This document shows positions 44,392 to 52,966 of a DNA stretch of 64,000 bases, piece by piece; position 1 is the stretch's first letter, and each line of letters starts with the position of its first letter. The stretch spans positions 481,991 through 545,990 of the forward strand of contig JAHLLG010000002.1 of the NCBI GenBank assembly GCA_020444275.1. The letters run 5' to 3'. This DNA comes from Bacteroidota bacterium. GTDB taxonomy: Bacteria > Bacteroidota > Bacteroidia > Bacteroidales > UBA12077. The notes below the pieces were generated by a model. The model ran no database searches and was not told the DNA's origin. It saw only the letters and a program-made list of their open reading frames with translations. The translations under genes and the position numbers were made by a program.

Positions 44392-44895
44392 ATGCATTAT
44401 ACCTTGCTGTACATTAGTGTTTTTTGGAGTTGCGTTGCGAGTTTTTTTCATCCTGTACATTACTCCATTACGAATATGGATTATTCAATATCTGAAAAAA
44501 AAGTTGAGATTTCTTCAAAAATTTTTAAAGACGATTTTAGATTAGTTCTATTCCATTTGTTTGAAAAAGATATAGATATAGATAATCCTGAAAAGTTAGA
44601 TCAAAATTTAAAGCTAATTCATGACTATTACGTATCTCATGTAATAATAAGTGATGGAGATATAAAAATCAACTTGCAACGAAATAGTATAAAAACAGAT
44701 AAAGAATATATTAACTTTAATTATTATTTTGAGCTTAAAAATGAATCAGATCAATTAGAAATCGTAAACACAATTCTGTTAGATTTGTATTTTGATCAAA
44801 AAAATATGTTGATATTTGGATCTGAGAATAAAGAAAAAGGGTATCTTTTTAATCTCAGGGAAACAAAACACAAAGTGCTTTTAGATGAGTTTTAA
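44392..44895 (+). CDS. small exported protein, DUF6702-like
   Basis: 167 aa. A hydrophobic N-terminus is followed by HPVHYSITNMDYSISEKKVEISSKIF, which resembles the N-terminal signature I associate with DUF6702. It overlaps the next gene by 11 nt. Confidence 0.55.
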   Translation: MHYTLLYISVFWSCVASFFHPVHYSITNMDYSISEKKVEISSKIFKDDFRLVLFHLFEKDIDIDNPEKLDQNLKLIHDYYVSHVIISDGDIKINLQRNSIKTDKEYINFNYYFELKNESDQLEIVNTILLDLYFDQKNMLIFGSENKEKGYLFNLRETKHKVLLDEF

Positions 44896-47497
44896 ATCCG
44901 GAAGAAATATACTAAGTTGCTTACTGTTTATGTTGTTAGCAATCAATCTATTTGCTACGCATAATCGAGCAGGAGAAATAACGTATACTCAAATTTCAGA
45001 CCTGACCTATGAAATTACAGTAACTACTTACACTTATACACTAAGCAATGTAGACAGAGAAGAGCTAGAGGTAGAGTGGGGAGATGGTACATTTTCTACT
45101 GTTCAACGTTACGATTTACTCGAATTACCCGACTATTATCAACGTAACAGATATGTGGCGCAGCATACATTCCCGGGTCCCGGAGTGTATACTGTTTTAG
45201 TTCAGGATCCCAACCGGAATTTTGGAGTTGAAAATATACCGAACTCTGTAAACACAGTTTTTTCGGTAAAGACAACTATTTTTGTGAATCCTGATTTAGG
45301 GAGAAATAATACTCCCGTTTTATTGAATCCACCGATTAATCAGGCTGCTCAGTTCAGAACCTTTGTGCATAATCCCGGTGCGTACGATCCCGATGGCGAT
45401 AGCCTTGCCTACAAGTTAACAACTTGTACCGGAGAAGATGGTGAGCCTATTAGTGGTTATTCTTTACCACCGGCAACATCTTTTCTTGAAATGAATGAAC
45501 TAACCGGCGATTTAATTTGGAAAACGCCGCCGGATACAGGAAAGTATAATCTGGCCATTCAGATTGATGAGTGGAGACATGGTGTGAAAATTGGTTCTAT
45601 TGTCAGAGATATGCAAATTGATGTGTTTCCAACGGAGAATCATCCTCCGCAAGTTGATTCCATTGGAGAAATTTGTGTGCTAGTTGGCGATACGGCCGAA
45701 GCTATAATAAGAAGCACCGATGAGGATTTGGATAATATAGAGATTACAGCTTCAGGAGGTCCATTCCTTTACGAAAACAGTCCGGCAGTACTTGAAGAAA
45801 TATCCAGTACTGAAGGTGAAACTGTATCTAAATTCAGTTGGATAACCAAATGTAATCACATTCGGAAAGAACCATATCTTGTAATTATTTCGGCTAAAGA
45901 TGATCATCCCGATGTAAATTTGGTAGGGTTGCAACGTTTGTTAGTAAAAGTAATTGGGCCGGCGCCTAAAGGGTTGGTTGCCGAAGCGGGCAATGCATTT
46001 ATACGATTAAACTGGGAATCTCCCGACAATTGTGATCCGGCAAAATATTTAATTTACAGAAAAATAGGTTCGCAAAATTATATGCACGATAGTTGCACCA
46101 CAGGATTAGAAGATTCAGAATATGAATTTGTTGATGAAACAACAGATACAGCTTATATTGATAACGACAATGGTGAGGGATTGGTGCAAGGATTCGACTA
46201 TTGTTACCGAATTGTAGCCGAATATGATGATGGGGCCCAAAGTTTCCCATCTGAAGAAATATGTGCTTCTATAGCACCCGGGTTTCCTATCATGACGAAT
46301 GTTAGTGTAGAAACCACAGAACCAAATACTGGAGAAATAATGGTGCGTTGGGCACAACCAGATCGGTTAGATACCATACCTGATGCAACAGGTCCGTTTA
46401 AGTATTTAATATACCGATCGGAAGATGAATTTGGCATGTATCTGAGTATACTTGATTCTCTTGATAATTTAGCTGATACAACATTTTATGATTCAGGTTT
46501 AAACACAGAGGAAAACCAGTATTCATATGAAGTAGCGCTATACAATACAGCCCCGGGAAATCGATTTAAAGTTGGTAATCCGCAGTTAGCATCTTCAATA
46601 TTTTTAGATTTAGTACCCGCAGACAATCAGGTGCAGATTAACATTCAGAAAAATACACCTTGGTTGGATAATGAATATGTTATTTACCGATTAAATAATG
46701 TGAGTGGACTGTATGATTCAATTGCTTATACAACAAATCGTTCATATACAGATACAAAGTTGAAAAACGGTAATACATATTGTTATAAAGTAAAGAGTAT
46801 TGGAACTTATAAAATTGATACCGTTGAGCATCCAACCATAAACTGGTCGCACGAGAATTGTCAGATACCCGAAGACTATCAGCGACCTTGTCCTCCTGCG
46901 TTAAATGTGAGATCGGCATGCGATAGTTTGAAAAATATTTTAACATGGAACAATCCGAACTTAACTTGTGCCGATGATGTTATTGCTTACAAGGTATACT
47001 ATTCGAATAATACAGAGCAAAACCTTGATTCTATTTTAAGGATTGAAGGTGCAGAGAATACGTTTTTCGACCATTTCCCGGAAGAATCACTTGGAGCGTG
47101 TTATGCAGTTACGGCAGTTGATTCGTTTAATAACGAGAGTGAGTTATCTTATGTAAAATGCGTAGATGATTGTTCCTATTACATTTTACCGAACGTTTTT
47201 TCTCCTAACGGCGATGGAATCAATGATATGTATGTTGCTGATAATCCGTCAGGTTTTGTAAAACGTGTGGATATGAGAATATTTGACCGTTGGGGAGAAC
47301 TGGTTTATCATACGGTAAATCCCGATATTGAATGGGATGGAAGAGATGAGAATACCAGTAAAATTGTCTCATCAGGTGTTTACTATTACATTTGTGATGT
47401 GTGGGAACCCAGAATATCAGGTGTAGAAGTTAGAAATATGGTAGGTTTTATACATGTATATTCCGATAAATCAGAAGGTCAGTTTAGTAATGAATAA
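44885..47497 (+). CDS. T9SS type-B C-terminal sorting domain protein (large cell-surface adhesin-like protein)
   Basis: 870 aa. Signal peptide, THNRAGEITYTQ N-terminal module, DPDGDSLAYKL cadherin-like motif and several FN3-like repeats. The C-terminus reads YYILPNVFSPNGDGINDMY…FDRWGELVY…WDGR…SSGVYYY, the gliding-motility/CHU_C type-B CTD. Confidence 0.88.
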   Translation: MSFKSGRNILSCLLFMLLAINLFATHNRAGEITYTQISDLTYEITVTTYTYTLSNVDREELEVEWGDGTFSTVQRYDLLELPDYYQRNRYVAQHTFPGPGVYTVLVQDPNRNFGVENIPNSVNTVFSVKTTIFVNPDLGRNNTPVLLNPPINQAAQFRTFVHNPGAYDPDGDSLAYKLTTCTGEDGEPISGYSLPPATSFLEMNELTGDLIWKTPPDTGKYNLAIQIDEWRHGVKIGSIVRDMQIDVFPTENHPPQVDSIGEICVLVGDTAEAIIRSTDEDLDNIEITASGGPFLYENSPAVLEEISSTEGETVSKFSWITKCNHIRKEPYLVIISAKDDHPDVNLVGLQRLLVKVIGPAPKGLVAEAGNAFIRLNWESPDNCDPAKYLIYRKIGSQNYMHDSCTTGLEDSEYEFVDETTDTAYIDNDNGEGLVQGFDYCYRIVAEYDDGAQSFPSEEICASIAPGFPIMTNVSVETTEPNTGEIMVRWAQPDRLDTIPDATGPFKYLIYRSEDEFGMYLSILDSLDNLADTTFYDSGLNTEENQYSYEVALYNTAPGNRFKVGNPQLASSIFLDLVPADNQVQINIQKNTPWLDNEYVIYRLNNVSGLYDSIAYTTNRSYTDTKLKNGNTYCYKVKSIGTYKIDTVEHPTINWSHENCQIPEDYQRPCPPALNVRSACDSLKNILTWNNPNLTCADDVIAYKVYYSNNTEQNLDSILRIEGAENTFFDHFPEESLGACYAVTAVDSFNNESELSYVKCVDDCSYYILPNVFSPNGDGINDMYVADNPSGFVKRVDMRIFDRWGELVYHTVNPDIEWDGRDENTSKIVSSGVYYYICDVWEPRISGVEVRNMVGFIHVYSDKSEGQFSNE

Positions 47498-48686
47498 AAG
47501 TTGGTTGATATACATACTAGTTTTAATTCCGGGCGTTTTGTTTTCTCAGAATATCAATCTGCGAGAACTACGTGCTTTTACTGATATTGAGCAAAAGAAT
47601 TTTAAACGTGCTGAAGATACTATCCATGTATTACTTCAGGAAAATCCTTCATCTGAATTATATGTGGCTAAAGCACAAATACTTTTTGAGTTAAATGATT
47701 TACAACAAGCTTTGGAATACTGCGATCGTGCGAACAAGCTGAAACCTCAGTTGGCCAGTGAATTGAAAGTTAAGATCTACTTAAAAAATAATTCAAAAGC
47801 TGGCGTTGAAGAATCGTTAAATGAAAATCTGAGATCGAAATATAAAATTTCACTCTTTGAACTGCTAGAATCACCAGAATTTGCAGGAATTTATACCATG
47901 GAACTGGATCAATATGTTTTATCTGAGAATTACTATTCGCAAACAGAAAAGCAAATTTACCAGGTTGAACGAATGATTGCGAACCAGAAAAATAATCAGG
48001 CCCTGTTTTTACTTAACGAGATTGTATTTCGGAATGATAAAGTTGCTGAGGCTCATTATTTAAAAAGCAAGTTGCTTTACGAAAGTGGTAATATGGGTGA
48101 GGCATTAGATGAAATTTCTTTGGCTATTCAGTTGAAAAGTTCTAACGCCGATTATCTAAAACAAAGAATCAAAATCAACAATGTGTTAAACAATTTTGAT
48201 CAGGCATTACAGGATGCAGAGAAACTTGTACGGGTTGAATCAGTTGAGATTCAGAATTATATTCTAAAGGCTCAGATGCTCTTTAAAACAAAGCAATTCG
48301 AAGATGCGATTCATTTAACATCATCACTCCTTAATATAAAGCCAAATGATGCTGATCTACTTTTCTTAAGTAGTAAATCTTATTTTATGAAGAAAGATTA
48401 CTTTGAAGCATTAAAGGCGATCAATCAATCCATGCAGCAAATGAAAACGAAGGAGTCTTACGAATTAAGAGGTGATATTTATGCTGCAACAGAGACTTAT
48501 ACGTATGCTATTCGTGATTATTCCATGTATCTAGATATTGAACCTTACAATGGTGATATTTATGCTAAAAAAGGTTTCGCACGCTTAAAATCAGGAGATA
48601 AAAAAGGAGCATGCTCAGATTGGGCAAAAGGAACCAGATATGGCAGTTATCAGGCGAAAAAATACCTGGATCAATATTGCAAATAA
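47490..48686 (+). CDS. exported tetratricopeptide-repeat protein
   Basis: Start taken at the ATG at 47490 (MNKSWLIYILVLIPGVLFSQ signal). It overlaps the preceding stop in ATGAATAA. Multiple TPR-like A..A/Y…P repeats run through the protein. Confidence 0.75.
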   Translation: MNKSWLIYILVLIPGVLFSQNINLRELRAFTDIEQKNFKRAEDTIHVLLQENPSSELYVAKAQILFELNDLQQALEYCDRANKLKPQLASELKVKIYLKNNSKAGVEESLNENLRSKYKISLFELLESPEFAGIYTMELDQYVLSENYYSQTEKQIYQVERMIANQKNNQALFLLNEIVFRNDKVAEAHYLKSKLLYESGNMGEALDEISLAIQLKSSNADYLKQRIKINNVLNNFDQALQDAEKLVRVESVEIQNYILKAQMLFKTKQFEDAIHLTSSLLNIKPNDADLLFLSSKSYFMKKDYFEALKAINQSMQQMKTKESYELRGDIYAATETYTYAIRDYSMYLDIEPYNGDIYAKKGFARLKSGDKKGACSDWAKGTRYGSYQAKKYLDQYCK

Positions 48687-49445
48687 TTAAAAGCCGTAAA
48701 TAGTAAATCCACCATCAACGCTAATACATTGTCCGGTTATGTGGGCTGCTGCCGGCATACATAAAAAAGCTACGGCTGCTGAAACATCTTCCGGATTTCC
48801 GATTCTTTTTATTGGTGTACGGCTGATTACTTCGTTATAATAATCTTTATTTTTTAGTACCGTTTGAGCCAGTGGAGTATTAATATACCAGGGCGATACT
48901 GCATTAACCCGAATATTATCCTCTGCCCACTCTCCGGCTAAATTTTTGGTTAACTGAATCAGGGCAGCTTTAGTCATACCATAAATAGAACCTGTTCTTA
49001 GGTGCATTAGTCCTGCAACCGATGATATATTTACAATATTTCCCTGTGATGCCTTTAGCAATAGGTAAAATTGCTTGCTTAGTTCAAAAGCTGACCGTAG
49101 GTTGGTATTCAAAATCTGATCATATTCTTCTGAAGAATATTCAAGAGTTTTTTTACGGATATTCATGCCCACATTATTTACCAAAATATCTAAAGCATTC
49201 CACTTGTTTTCGGTCTGCTCTATTACTTTTTGAATATCTTCTGCTTTACTTAAATCTGCTTGTAAGAAATCAATTTTGTCTGATTTGATTTCACTTTTTA
49301 GTGTTAAAAAATCTGCTTCATTTCTGGCAACAACGAGTACATCCGCACCAAGTTCTATAAACTCTTGTGTAATGGCCTTCCCAATACCTTTGGTTCCACC
49401 TGTTACCAATGCTTTTTTATTCTTTAAATTCCAACGATTAGTCAT
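48687..49445 (-). CDS. SDR-family oxidoreductase (tropinone-reductase-like)
   Basis: 252 aa. TGGTKGIGKAI, NNVG, S…YGMTKAA catalytic motif. It overlaps the upstream gene by 8 nt. Confidence 0.85.
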   Translation of the reverse strand: MTNRWNLKNKKALVTGGTKGIGKAITQEFIELGADVLVVARNEADFLTLKSEIKSDKIDFLQADLSKAEDIQKVIEQTENKWNALDILVNNVGMNIRKKTLEYSSEEYDQILNTNLRSAFELSKQFYLLLKASQGNIVNISSVAGLMHLRTGSIYGMTKAALIQLTKNLAGEWAEDNIRVNAVSPWYINTPLAQTVLKNKDYYNEVISRTPIKRIGNPEDVSAAVAFLCMPAAAHITGQCISVDGGFTIYGF

Positions 49446-49932
49446 TATTTAGTTCTTTTGTAGGTCGGTAAAAATAAGTTTGTCCTTTAACAATATGGTT
49501 TAAATTCAGTGTACTAATTCCAACTTTTCTTCCAGAAAACTGGGTGTTTTGATGGGCAATTTCATAAATACCCTGATCAATAACTTTATAAACAATAGCT
49601 GTATGATGAGTCATTACCTCGGTATAGGTTGTATTACCTTCCGTATATTGCACTTTTACGTTTTCAAACTGAACTAAATCTCCTGGAAATACCTGGTCTT
49701 TCAAAGGATTAATTCTATTACCATAAACATAGGCTCTGTCCCAATCGGCACCCACACGAATTAAAGCCTGATTAGCCAAATCCCAGCATTCACCACGATC
49801 TACTTTCTTTCCTGTTACAGATTTTACATATTTTACTATTTCTTTATTTAATTCAGGTATACGTTGAGCAAATAAGCTTGAATTTATGGAAATAATTAGA
49901 ATGCTAAGTAATGTAATCTTCAGTATTCTCAT
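49438..49932 (-). CDS. small secreted papain-fold (CHAP/NlpC-P60-like) protein
   Basis: Start taken at the ATG at 49932 (MRILKITLLSILIISINSSLFAQ signal); the ORF-track start is a TTG. It has a candidate nucleophile in GKKVDRGECWDLANQAL and a candidate His in MTHHTAIVYKV. Confidence 0.55.
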   Translation of the reverse strand: MRILKITLLSILIISINSSLFAQRIPELNKEIVKYVKSVTGKKVDRGECWDLANQALIRVGADWDRAYVYGNRINPLKDQVFPGDLVQFENVKVQYTEGNTTYTEVMTHHTAIVYKVIDQGIYEIAHQNTQFSGRKVGISTLNLNHIVKGQTYFYRPTKELNND

Positions 49933-49981
49933 TTTTGTAATTAATTGATTTAATACAAAACGCAAGAGTTATTAAATTGTT

Positions 49982-52198
49982 TTATCTTTTTAATACCGTT
50001 ATTAAACCATTGCCTTTTTTTATGCAGTTCCCAATATGCGTTGCAAATTCAATTCCGGCATCTTTGAGTTTCGATAACGCTTCATCTTTTTGATCCTGAG
50101 GAACCGTGAATAGCAAACCACCTGAGGTTTGTGCATCAGATAATATTATTTTTTCGACATCCGAAAGGTTTTCGTTCCACTCAATGTATTTTCCAAAATG
50201 ATTCAAATTATTTATTGACCCTCCAGGGATTACATTACTAGCAGCAAATTCCCAGGTTTCTTCAATAACCGGTACTTTTTTCGAAAATATCTCAACATCT
50301 ACTTTACTTGCCAGGGTTATTTCACTCAAGTGCCCTAATAAGCCGAAGCCGGTAACATCAGTGCAGGCATTCACATTAAAACCTTTAATAATATCGGCAG
50401 CATATTTATTTAACTCCGACATGGTTTTAATTGCAAATTCTTCTGTTTTCTTTTCAACCAGTCCACGCTTTAGTGCCGTTGCAATAATTCCCAGGCCAAT
50501 AGGTTTAGTTAAAATAATAGCATCACCTTCTTTTGCTCTGGAGTTGGCCAAAATATTATTAGGATGTGCAATACCACTTACCACCATACCGAATTTAGGT
50601 TCCGGATCATCTATGGTATGTCCTCCTAAAATGCTTATACCCGCTTCACTGGCTTTATCCTGTGCGCCTTTTAATATTTGTTTCAATACCTCCATTGGCA
50701 AACGATTTGAAGGAAAACCCACAATATTCAATGCAAAAATAGGAGTGGCTCCCATAGCATAAATATCGCTTAACGCATTAGCAGCTGCAATTGCACCGAA
50801 ATCATACGGATTATCCACAACAGGTGTGAAAAAATCAACAGTTTGTACCAGTGCAGTATCATTATTTATTTTATAAACAGCAGCATCGTCGGAATGATTT
50901 GTATCAATAAGAATATTAGGGTTTTGAATAACCGGAATATCTTTTAAAATCTTTTCTAATTCTTGTGGTCTTAATTTACATGCACATCCGAGGCCCTGAG
51001 TATATTTGGTTAATTTAATATCAGAAATATCTTTATCCGAGGTAGATTTTAGTTCTTTATCTGACACATTAAATTGCTTAACCGTTTCGATGATAATTTT
51101 TGATGCTCTGTTAATTTCGTGTTCAGTTGTGGTTTTACCTACTGAGAATCGAATGGTTCCCATAGCATAGTCAGTATTTAACTTAATTGCGGTTAATACC
51201 GGCGATACATCAACCGAATCGGTATGGCATGCCGCTCCGGCAGATGCTGCAATACCTTTACTTTCTAACTCATTTAGTAAGATATTTGCTTCGATACGAG
51301 GAAAACTAACATTAAGTGTGTTTGGTAACCGGTGTTCAGGATGACCATTGAGTTTAATGTTTGGAATCGCTTCTTTAAGCTTTGTGTATAATAAATTGCG
51401 AACCGACTGCATGTGTGTAATATTTCTATACAAATATCGATGTGCTATTTCACACGCTTTACCCAGTCCAACAATCTCTAGTACATTTTCAGTTCCGGCT
51501 CGTTTGTTTTGCTCATGATCTGCACCGTGAATTAGTTTTTCTAATTGAATACCTTCTTTAATGTACAAAGCTCCAATTCCTTTAGGGGCATATAACTTGT
51601 GGCCGGCAATAGAAAGAAGATCAACACCCAGCTCTTTCACATCAACCGGGTACTTTCCTGTAGATTGGGCAGCATCGGTATGAAAATAGATACCGTGTTT
51701 TTGTGCAATCTTGGATATCTCCGAAACAGGTTGAATACTTCCAATTTCATTGTTGGCATGCATAATGGTAATCAGGATGGTTTGCTTGGTAATAGCCTGT
51801 TCTAATTTATGTGTGTCAACTATACCATGCTCATCAACCGGAATATATGTAATATTAAACCCTTTTCGTTCCAGGTATTTACACACCTCAATAACAGCAG
51901 GATGTTCAATGGTTGATGTGATGATATGATTTCCTCTGTTCTCATATGCATAGGCAATACCTTTAATGGCATAGTTATTCGATTCTGAGCCACCACTGGT
52001 AAATATTATTTCGTGTGGTTTGCAATTGATTAGGTTTGCAAGCTGTTTACGGGCATTTTCAACTGCTTTTTTGGTTTCTATACCAAAGCTGTGTGAGCTG
52101 GAAGGATTTCCAAAATAATCTGCCAAATAGGGTTGCATAGCTTGTGCTACTTCTTTATCAATTGGCGTAGTGGCATTATAGTCAAGATATATTTTCAT
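49982..52198 (-). CDS. selD: fusion protein: NifS/IscS-like cysteine desulfurase (selenocysteine lyase-like) plus selenide, water dikinase (selenophosphate synthetase)
   Basis: N-terminal half: MKIYLDYNATTP, GNPSSSHSFG, the PLP lysine in SIAGHKLYAPKGIG and the active-site Cys in SAGAACH. C-terminal half: KLTKYTQGLGCACKLRPQELEKIL (SelD Cys/Lys loop), DDAAVY, GGHTIDD, TDVTGFGLLGH. I prefer the ATG at 52198; an alternative ATG lies at 52258. Confidence 0.9.
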   Translation of the reverse strand: MKIYLDYNATTPIDKEVAQAMQPYLADYFGNPSSSHSFGIETKKAVENARKQLANLINCKPHEIIFTSGGSESNNYAIKGIAYAYENRGNHIITSTIEHPAVIEVCKYLERKGFNITYIPVDEHGIVDTHKLEQAITKQTILITIMHANNEIGSIQPVSEISKIAQKHGIYFHTDAAQSTGKYPVDVKELGVDLLSIAGHKLYAPKGIGALYIKEGIQLEKLIHGADHEQNKRAGTENVLEIVGLGKACEIAHRYLYRNITHMQSVRNLLYTKLKEAIPNIKLNGHPEHRLPNTLNVSFPRIEANILLNELESKGIAASAGAACHTDSVDVSPVLTAIKLNTDYAMGTIRFSVGKTTTEHEINRASKIIIETVKQFNVSDKELKSTSDKDISDIKLTKYTQGLGCACKLRPQELEKILKDIPVIQNPNILIDTNHSDDAAVYKINNDTALVQTVDFFTPVVDNPYDFGAIAAANALSDIYAMGATPIFALNIVGFPSNRLPMEVLKQILKGAQDKASEAGISILGGHTIDDPEPKFGMVVSGIAHPNNILANSRAKEGDAIILTKPIGLGIIATALKRGLVEKKTEEFAIKTMSELNKYAADIIKGFNVNACTDVTGFGLLGHLSEITLASKVDVEIFSKKVPVIEETWEFAASNVIPGGSINNLNHFGKYIEWNENLSDVEKIILSDAQTSGGLLFTVPQDQKDEALSKLKDAGIEFATHIGNCIKKGNGLITVLKR

Positions 52199-52444
52199 GG
52201 TATTGATTTTATAAAATGTAAATGTACAAAAGTTAAGCGAATTCGGACTTGTAAACATTTCTAATTGTATATTAAAATAAAATGATAAAATGACAGATAT
52301 ACCTTGCTGTGCTTTGCCAGAATGACCTAAAGAAGAGTTTGTTAGCTGACATAATTTCAGTTATTTTGATTGGTATAACCTTTGTAATAATATGCTTGAA
52401 AACGAAACAAAATGTCTAACTAAAATTTATAGGAGGGCCAAATT

Positions 52445-52876
52445 ATGATACCAATGTTAAGAAACACAAGATTTTTGCCAAGCTTTACTGATGATTTTTT
52501 CGGAAAAGACTTTATGGCTGATGTTTTTGATTCTTCTGTAAATAAAACTATTCCAGAGGTAAATGTAATTGAAAATGCAGAAGCATTTAAAATTGAAGTA
52601 GCAGCACCCGGATTAGATAAAAAAGATTTCAAAATCGACGTGAATAACAATGTGCTAACTATTTCGTCAGAAAAGGAAGCAAAAAATGTTGATGAGAAAG
52701 AGAAATTTATAAGAAGAGAATTTAGCTATAGTTCATTCCAACGATCATTCAGTTTGCCAGAAAGTGTTGATCAGGACAAGATTAACGCAAAACACAAGGA
52801 TGGAATTTTAATGGTTGAAATTCCAAAACGCGATGAGGCAAAAGAGAAACCAAAACGTGAAATAAAGATTTCATAA
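52445..52876 (+). CDS. Hsp20/alpha-crystallin family small heat-shock protein
   Basis: 143 aa. Alpha-crystallin domain (PEVNVIENAEAFKIEVAAPGLDKKDFKIDV…F.R.F.LPE.VD…I.A….GIL.V.IPK). AGGAGG lies 8 nt upstream of the ATG. Confidence 0.92.
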   Translation: MIPMLRNTRFLPSFTDDFFGKDFMADVFDSSVNKTIPEVNVIENAEAFKIEVAAPGLDKKDFKIDVNNNVLTISSEKEAKNVDEKEKFIRREFSYSSFQRSFSLPESVDQDKINAKHKDGILMVEIPKRDEAKEKPKREIKIS

Positions 52877-52884
52877 GATAGATG

Positions 52885-52908
52885 AGCGGGTGAGAGCCCG
52901 CTTTTTTA
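52885..52908 (+). terminator. rho-independent terminator of hsp20
   Basis: AGCGGG-tgagag-CCCGCT followed by TTTTTTA. Confidence 0.8.
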
Positions 52909-52933
52909 TTGCAATCTTTTTGGATTTATTTTT

Positions 52934-52941
52934 TACATTTG
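52934..52941 (+). promoter_or_regulatory. candidate -7 promoter box for the GT-C/sulfotransferase operon
   Basis: TACATTTG 26 nt upstream of the 52967 ATG. It shares TTACATTTGTGTA with the folP promoter. Confidence 0.5.
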
Positions 52942-52966
52942 TGTAAACTGAAAATAATCCGGAAAG

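Noticed and set aside
44398-44410. 13-nt exact repeat TATACCTTGCTGT, also present at 52298-52310
   Set aside because: One copy is inside the first codons of ORF 44392 and the other is intergenic. Exact repeats of 12-13 nt are expected by chance many times in 64 kb of AT-rich sequence, and they share no flanking similarity.
52380-52447. ROSE/fourU-type RNA thermometer upstream of hsp20
   Set aside because: I could not find an anti-SD (CCUCC or UUCCU) segment or a convincing stem covering the AGGAGG in the upstream 186 nt. Only the unusual SD itself is reported.
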